From a virus (Duplodnaviria; Caudoviricetes), in the IMG/VR virus record IMGVR_UViG_3300017648_000084, positions 1 through 28,783 of that record: a DNA stretch of 28,783 nt; one strand, 5' to 3'. The notes beneath the pieces were generated by a model that was not told the DNA's origin, made no database searches, and saw nothing but the letters and a program-made list of their open reading frames with translations. A program made the translations under genes and the position numbers. Positions 24,868 through 28,783 of this stretch are shown here, piece by piece (the stretch's first letter is position 1; every line of letters starts with the position of its first letter).

Positions 24868-26467
24868 CGCGTCGCCTCGTTTTTGGTCGCATATTCGTTG
24901 AAACTGGAGCGCCGGAACCGCGATGCTCGCGGCCGATCGCTGCCCGACCTTCGCCGGCGCCAAGCATCATGTATTGCAATGCGTCGGCGATGTCGGAATA
25001 TCTGTCTTTCTCTGGCGTATCCTTGTGGTTCGCCGTCCCCTTGAGGCGGGCGAAGTGATAACCGCCGGCGCAGGCAACTTTCAGCGTCCGGCAGTTCGTC
25101 CCGCAGACCACAAAGCGCGGAGAACCGTTTACCATCGTGATCATCGCATGCTCGACGGCCTCGATACGGGTCTGGATATGATTGTTTTTCACCGGGGCAG
25201 GGTCCACAGGCATGCCCTGCGAGCGGAAAATGTCATAGGCCGTGTGTTCGTCGGCCTGCGTTCCGTCCGCGCCTTTCGGATCGCCGTAGAATTCGACCTG
25301 ATAGACGCCGTCCGAGCCGCGCACCGCATTGAGTTCGCGGGACTGGCGCGCGGGAACCCAATCGCCCAGGCGCTGCGTAAGAAGCCGCGACACCTGCGGC
25401 GCGAACAACGACGCGCCAGCATCACGCGCCGTCAACTCCGCGAAAATACGCCAGCGCCCGTTCACAATCTGCCCGGCAATCATTGCCGGATTGCGCCCGA
25501 AGTCGAGCCCGACATAGACCGGCCAGCCCGGAATAGGATCAAGCGGCGTCTTGGAAACGTGAGTTTCCTCGTTGAATTGCTGCCAGACCGGTTTACCATC
25601 TACAAAAACCGTGATCTTGTTCAGCACACGGCTGTCGATCCACTGTTTCGATTTACCCTTGATCTTTTCCTCGTAATATCCCGGCTTCAGCCAGCGGATA
25701 TTCTCGGCCAACGGGTTCATCTCGTATCCAATCAGCGTACCCGAACCGTCGCGCTGCTCGATCATTGCAGGCGGTTGAACGAAATAGCCCCAGTTGTCGG
25801 GCTTTCGATACGAGAGCCGTTCTTCCTCGGTCCAATTGTCCGGCAACGGAACCTCGCCCATCATCAGCGGTATCCAGTGATCTTCACGCGGCGCGTTCAT
25901 GTCGGCGATCACGCCGTCCCATTTCGCGCCACCGTCCTTCACCGCTGGATAACGACCAGTTCGCGACTCCGCTTCGTCGACGATATCCTTCTCGATGAAC
26001 TCCAATTCGTTGAACCAGAAGCCAGTCACTTCGAATGAACGCATCTTGCGAACATCGTCTGGGCTGTCGAGCGCGATGAAATACACCTCCATATCCATAT
26101 CGCCGACGCGCACGATGTGGCGGAAGGGCCGATCCCAATAAAAGCGCCCGTACTGTTCTTCCGGCAGCCAGTCCAGCCAGGTCTTGACCGTCGTGTTTTT
26201 CAAATCGGGGAATGTGTTGCGCACCACGCACCATCGCGTATGGCGCAATCCGGTGTCCGGGTTTCTATGCTGCTCCATCGAAATCGCGAGCATCTTCATG
26301 ATCGACGCTGATGATGTGCCGGAACCGATCGAACCGCGGATAATCGAAACGTGTGACCGATCCGCGATATATTCCGCCAGCACCCGACCGCCGGGCCGAT
26401 AAATCTTGCGGCCATGTTCGTCGCGGTCGATCTTGGGAAGGGGGGCTTTTTCTTCGATGTCAGTCAT
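24857..26467 (-). CDS. terL: terminase large subunit
   Basis: GSIGSGTS (Walker A-like), VVRNT.PDLK.TT, FWFNE (Walker B-like), GLDFG, GDP and SDIADALQY nuclease motifs. Confidence 0.92.
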   Translation of the reverse strand: MTDIEEKAPLPKIDRDEHGRKIYRPGGRVLAEYIADRSHVSIIRGSIGSGTSSASIMKMLAISMEQHRNPDTGLRHTRWCVVRNTFPDLKNTTVKTWLDWLPEEQYGRFYWDRPFRHIVRVGDMDMEVYFIALDSPDDVRKMRSFEVTGFWFNELEFIEKDIVDEAESRTGRYPAVKDGGAKWDGVIADMNAPREDHWIPLMMGEVPLPDNWTEEERLSYRKPDNWGYFVQPPAMIEQRDGSGTLIGYEMNPLAENIRWLKPGYYEEKIKGKSKQWIDSRVLNKITVFVDGKPVWQQFNEETHVSKTPLDPIPGWPVYVGLDFGRNPAMIAGQIVNGRWRIFAELTARDAGASLFAPQVSRLLTQRLGDWVPARQSRELNAVRGSDGVYQVEFYGDPKGADGTQADEHTAYDIFRSQGMPVDPAPVKNNHIQTRIEAVEHAMITMVNGSPRFVVCGTNCRTLKVACAGGYHFARLKGTANHKDTPEKDRYSDIADALQYMMLGAGEGRAAIGREHRGSGAPVSTNMRPKTRRRGGF

Positions 26468-26711
26468 CGGCGGTCGCCCTCAGAATGTCAAAGGCGAGCC
26501 GGTTCAAACCGCCAATAGTCTGATTGGCCTCATACTGACCGCTACGAATGGGCTGTATGGTATGATCGTAAAACGCGCAAACTGCGACGATCCCGACAAG
26601 CTCGCCACTCTTGGCCATAGTAAGCAAATCATCCAACGTGCCGACCGCATGGCTATTTGGCTCGCGACCATCCGCAATATCGCCGCCGTCAATGGAAACC
26701 ACGTTGCTCAT
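26460..26711 (-). CDS. hypothetical phage protein (83 aa)
   Basis: GAGGTGG RBS; MSNVVSI...LLTMAKSGELVGI; overlaps the terL start. Confidence 0.7.
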   Translation of the reverse strand: MSNVVSIDGGDIADGREPNSHAVGTLDDLLTMAKSGELVGIVAVCAFYDHTIQPIRSGQYEANQTIGGLNRLAFDILRATADD

Positions 26712-26723
26712 TCCGGCACCACC

Positions 26724-26891
26724 TCAGGAAAACAACCGATACACGGAATGTGATGTCACGATAGCGAACAGAACGAAAAAGATGGTCGTACGTATATTTC
26801 GAGCTTTCGACCCATCCCAAACCCACCCTGACACGAAAGTCAGAATTGCCAGCGCCAACAAAAAAAAATTCACACCAACTGGAATACTCAT
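26724..26891 (-). CDS. 55-aa two-TM small membrane protein
   Basis: AGGAG RBS before ATG 26891; two hydrophobic segments. Confidence 0.6.
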   Translation of the reverse strand: MSIPVGVNFFLLALAILTFVSGWVWDGSKARNIRTTIFFVLFAIVTSHSVYRLFS

Positions 26892-27047
26892 CGAACTTCT
26901 CCTGTGGTTTGAAAAAAATCTGACCGAACGTTCCAAAGGGGGAAACCGCGTGTGTGAGGGTGGACTGGAGATTCAGCCCGCGATTTTTGGGGGCCACCCC
27001 TCGAAGGGCCACAAACGAGAACGAAGGGGGTACGGGGTGCGCGTTCC

Positions 27048-27608
27048 TCAGTCCTCATCAGGAACGTTCTCCTGAGAAATCAGAGGTTTAACATGCTCAT
27101 GCTCCAGATGTTCTATCTGTTGCGCATGTTTTGGCTCTGACGAACGGCTGAACTCAGACAGGTCAATCACGTATCCGGCTGTCTCAACAGTGGTGCTGTT
27201 GTTCACCTGGACGTTTACCTGTGTTGCGGCGCCAACCGTGTGCACTGTGCGGTCCATGCCATCGATGTACTTGGCTGCATCCAGCTGCACGCGGTCACTG
27301 CCGCTCGTTTCCATCAGGTGGATGACCTTCTGTAACGCCTGAGGGCGCGCTCCAGTCCGTAACACCTCAATCTGTTCATTCATGTAAGCAAGGCAACTGG
27401 GTCGGAGGAGGGCCTGTCGCATGGCTTCATCAGAGATACCAATGAGTTGCGCGGCTTCCTTACGGGTCTTTGCCTCGAAGACCATAAGTTCGACACCACG
27501 TTTGATGCGGGGCGTTAATTTGACCGGTTTTTTTTCTTTTCTCATGAGAGCAGCGGCTTTTTGTGCTGCATGCGCATAATCAGAGCGCTTTTGCTTCGGG
27601 GCTGACAT
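27048..27608 (-). CDS. terS: terminase small subunit (probable)
   Basis: N-terminal HTH-like segment (TRKEAAQLIGISDEAMRQAL) and VQLDAAKYID motif; upstream of terL. Confidence 0.7.
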   Translation of the reverse strand: MSAPKQKRSDYAHAAQKAAALMRKEKKPVKLTPRIKRGVELMVFEAKTRKEAAQLIGISDEAMRQALLRPSCLAYMNEQIEVLRTGARPQALQKVIHLMETSGSDRVQLDAAKYIDGMDRTVHTVGAATQVNVQVNNSTTVETAGYVIDLSEFSRSSEPKHAQQIEHLEHEHVKPLISQENVPDED

Positions 27609-27673
27609 GGAGTTCGCGGCTCAAACGGTTAATCGAGTGATCTTGCATTGAACGAAGGGTGTGTCCGCGCGAA

Positions 27674-27709
27674 GCGGTAGAATGTTGCGGAAAAGCACGC
27701 AAAGCACAG
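27674..27709 (-). promoter_or_regulatory. putative late promoter (terminase operon)
   Basis: CTGTGCTTTGC at 27699-27709, followed by a tandem partial copy GTGCTTT; -10 unclear (TACCGC at 17 bp). Confidence 0.6.
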
Positions 27710-27781
27710 GTGAAAAGCGCAATGAAAACAATGGTCCGACTGTGGACGGATTTTTGTGTCTATTTGGTCACACCTCAAAAC

Positions 27782-27901
27782 GCTGCGAATTTCGCATGTT
27801 TGGGGTCGATTATGCTGCGATGACTCGCTTGTGCGTTGAGCACCACTCGAAACGTGTTATTCTCGCATTCTGTTATGCTGATGTGCTGCGAAATTCACAT
27901 G
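27782..27901 (+). promoter_or_regulatory. promoter of the XRE gene flanked by two palindromic operator-like repeats
   Basis: GCTGCGAATTTCGCATG (27782-27798) and GCTGCGAAATTCACATG (27885-27901) surround TTGAGC-16-TATTCT (27836-27863). Confidence 0.55.
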
Positions 27902-27940
27902 ATTGGCACTGATTTCGTCACCATCTGATACGAGGCTGGA

Positions 27941-28246
27941 ATGAGTATGTCTTACCCTGCACGAGATGCACCGGAGAATGAGCGTTGCCAATGGTGGCGT
28001 GAGAACATCATGAAGCTGTCCCGGCCTGATCTGGCGGAACGTGTGGGCATGTCGGTATCGACAATCACGGATATTGAGCGCGGATATTATCGGGGCAACA
28101 AAGCTCCGATTGATGCGGCGGTCATGCAGCGCTATCGTCTGGCATGTGCTGCCGTGGCACTTGGCGCTCAATTCGACTGGCTGTCGTTGAGCGTGATACC
28201 ATCAGTCCCGGTTGAAATCCGAATGATAGGGCATGTGACGCCATGA
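27941..28246 (+). CDS. XRE-family helix-turn-helix regulator
   Basis: LSRPDLAERVGMSVSTITDIERG HTH signature. Confidence 0.82.
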   Translation: MSMSYPARDAPENERCQWWRENIMKLSRPDLAERVGMSVSTITDIERGYYRGNKAPIDAAVMQRYRLACAAVALGAQFDWLSLSVIPSVPVEIRMIGHVTP

Positions 28247-28434
28247 AAAAGTCAGACATTGGTATATTCGGAAATGCCTGCATTACAGAGGAACCAATAT
28301 CGAATGATAGCATTCTACAGGTTCTGAAGGATGATGACGGCAATGTGCGAACGGAAATCGTAGCTGAATACACATCGAACGGAACAATGATAATCCGTGG
28401 CGTTCATCAATGGTCCAAAGAAATCGACGGATGA
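28243..28434 (+). CDS. 63-aa hypothetical protein coupled to the XRE gene
   Basis: ATGA overlap with the XRE stop; acidic. Confidence 0.55.
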   Translation: MKKSDIGIFGNACITEEPISNDSILQVLKDDDGNVRTEIVAEYTSNGTMIIRGVHQWSKEIDG

Positions 28435-28452
28435 TTGTGAACAACACACATG

Positions 28453-28476
28453 AAAAAGCCCCGGCGAACCGAGGCT
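28453..28476 (-). terminator. intrinsic terminator (minus strand)
   Basis: AGCCTCGG-TTCG-CCGGGGCT-TTTT. Confidence 0.75.
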
Positions 28477-28783
28477 GACACGGTGGCCTACCACCATACG
28501 GATAAGATCAGAACGGGCCGGACGCTACCCCGGCTTCGGGTACTTCTCGCTTTGCCGCGATTTTCTCTCGGTTGACGATGGTACGGCCTCGGCAGTTCTG
28601 CTTTTCCTGCGTATCCGTAATCCGCGCTTCTGCTTTCAGCGCCGCCGTTCTGATTTCGGAGCCCTCATGTCTCGCGCTACCCGGATAAGTGGGGCGGTAC
28701 TGCATGAGGGTGGATTTTTGCCCTAGTCGGCGCTCTTTTGAGCCGTCTGGCTACGAGGACTTCCCCAGACCCGTTCTCCAACC
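28453..28783 (-). ncRNA. candidate structured non-coding RNA (5' end outside the window)
   Basis: Nested and serial helices: 28507-16/28645-54, 28662-69/28703-10, 28745-50/28765-70, 28526-30/28538-42, 28582-86/28615-19, 28482-86/28491-95; ends in a terminator. Confidence 0.45.

Larger units (their letters stand above)
2448..28783 (-). mobile_element. podovirus-type prophage integrated at tRNA-Arg(ACG); continues past the window end
   Basis: att core followed by a contiguous lysis-tail-internal virion-capsid-portal-terminase gene set. No tape-measure or sheath gene. Integrase and replication genes are not in the window. Confidence 0.93.

Noticed and set aside
27625-27632. CtrA-like half site (TTAACCGT) in the terS leader
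   Set aside because: No second TTAA at 7-bp spacing; too short to support.
4924-27709. The 11-bp repeat as a CRISPR repeat, REP element, Chi-like or uptake sequence
   Set aside because: Copies are kilobases apart, non-palindromic, on one strand, confined to the prophage and positioned at operon starts.
28508-28705. 65-aa minus-strand ORF as a real gene
   Set aside because: No RBS, no recognisable motif, an in-frame stop just upstream, and its ATG sits in an 8-bp stem; the region is better explained as structured nucleic acid.

Overview
Alphaproteobacterial chromosome, probably Brucella/Ochrobactrum group (inferred from recalled UreE/UreG similarity). Bases 1-2447 are host DNA: a DUF2189-type membrane protein gene and a decayed urease locus. 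ureE and ureG are intact, but only C-terminal scraps of ureC and ureF remain. A 48-bp copy of the 3' half of tRNA-Arg(ACG) at 2448-2495 marks the attachment site of a podovirus-type prophage (BPP-1/epsilon15-like gene order) that fills the rest of the window. Its minus-strand late region runs terS, terL, portal, scaffold, capsid, cement, tail tube/nozzle, four internal virion proteins, an SGNH-esterase tailspike and a lysis cassette, with plus-strand cargo (acyltransferase-3, a 48-aa membrane peptide, an HNH endonuclease, an XRE regulator). Main observations: (1) an exact 11-bp motif, CTGTGCTTTGC, occurs six times on the phage coding strand at module starts, fused to a -35 box and usually followed by a weak -10, suggesting an activator-dependent late-promoter regulon with two leaderless genes; (2) a helix-rich >330-nt element ending in a terminator at the right edge is a candidate structured ncRNA; (3) the HNH insertion left a synonymously recoded duplicate of the o-spanin 3' end; (4) an acyltransferase moron sits beside an esterase tailspike; (5) TerL has a deviant Walker A. 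All family assignments come from motif recognition by eye; no searches were run.
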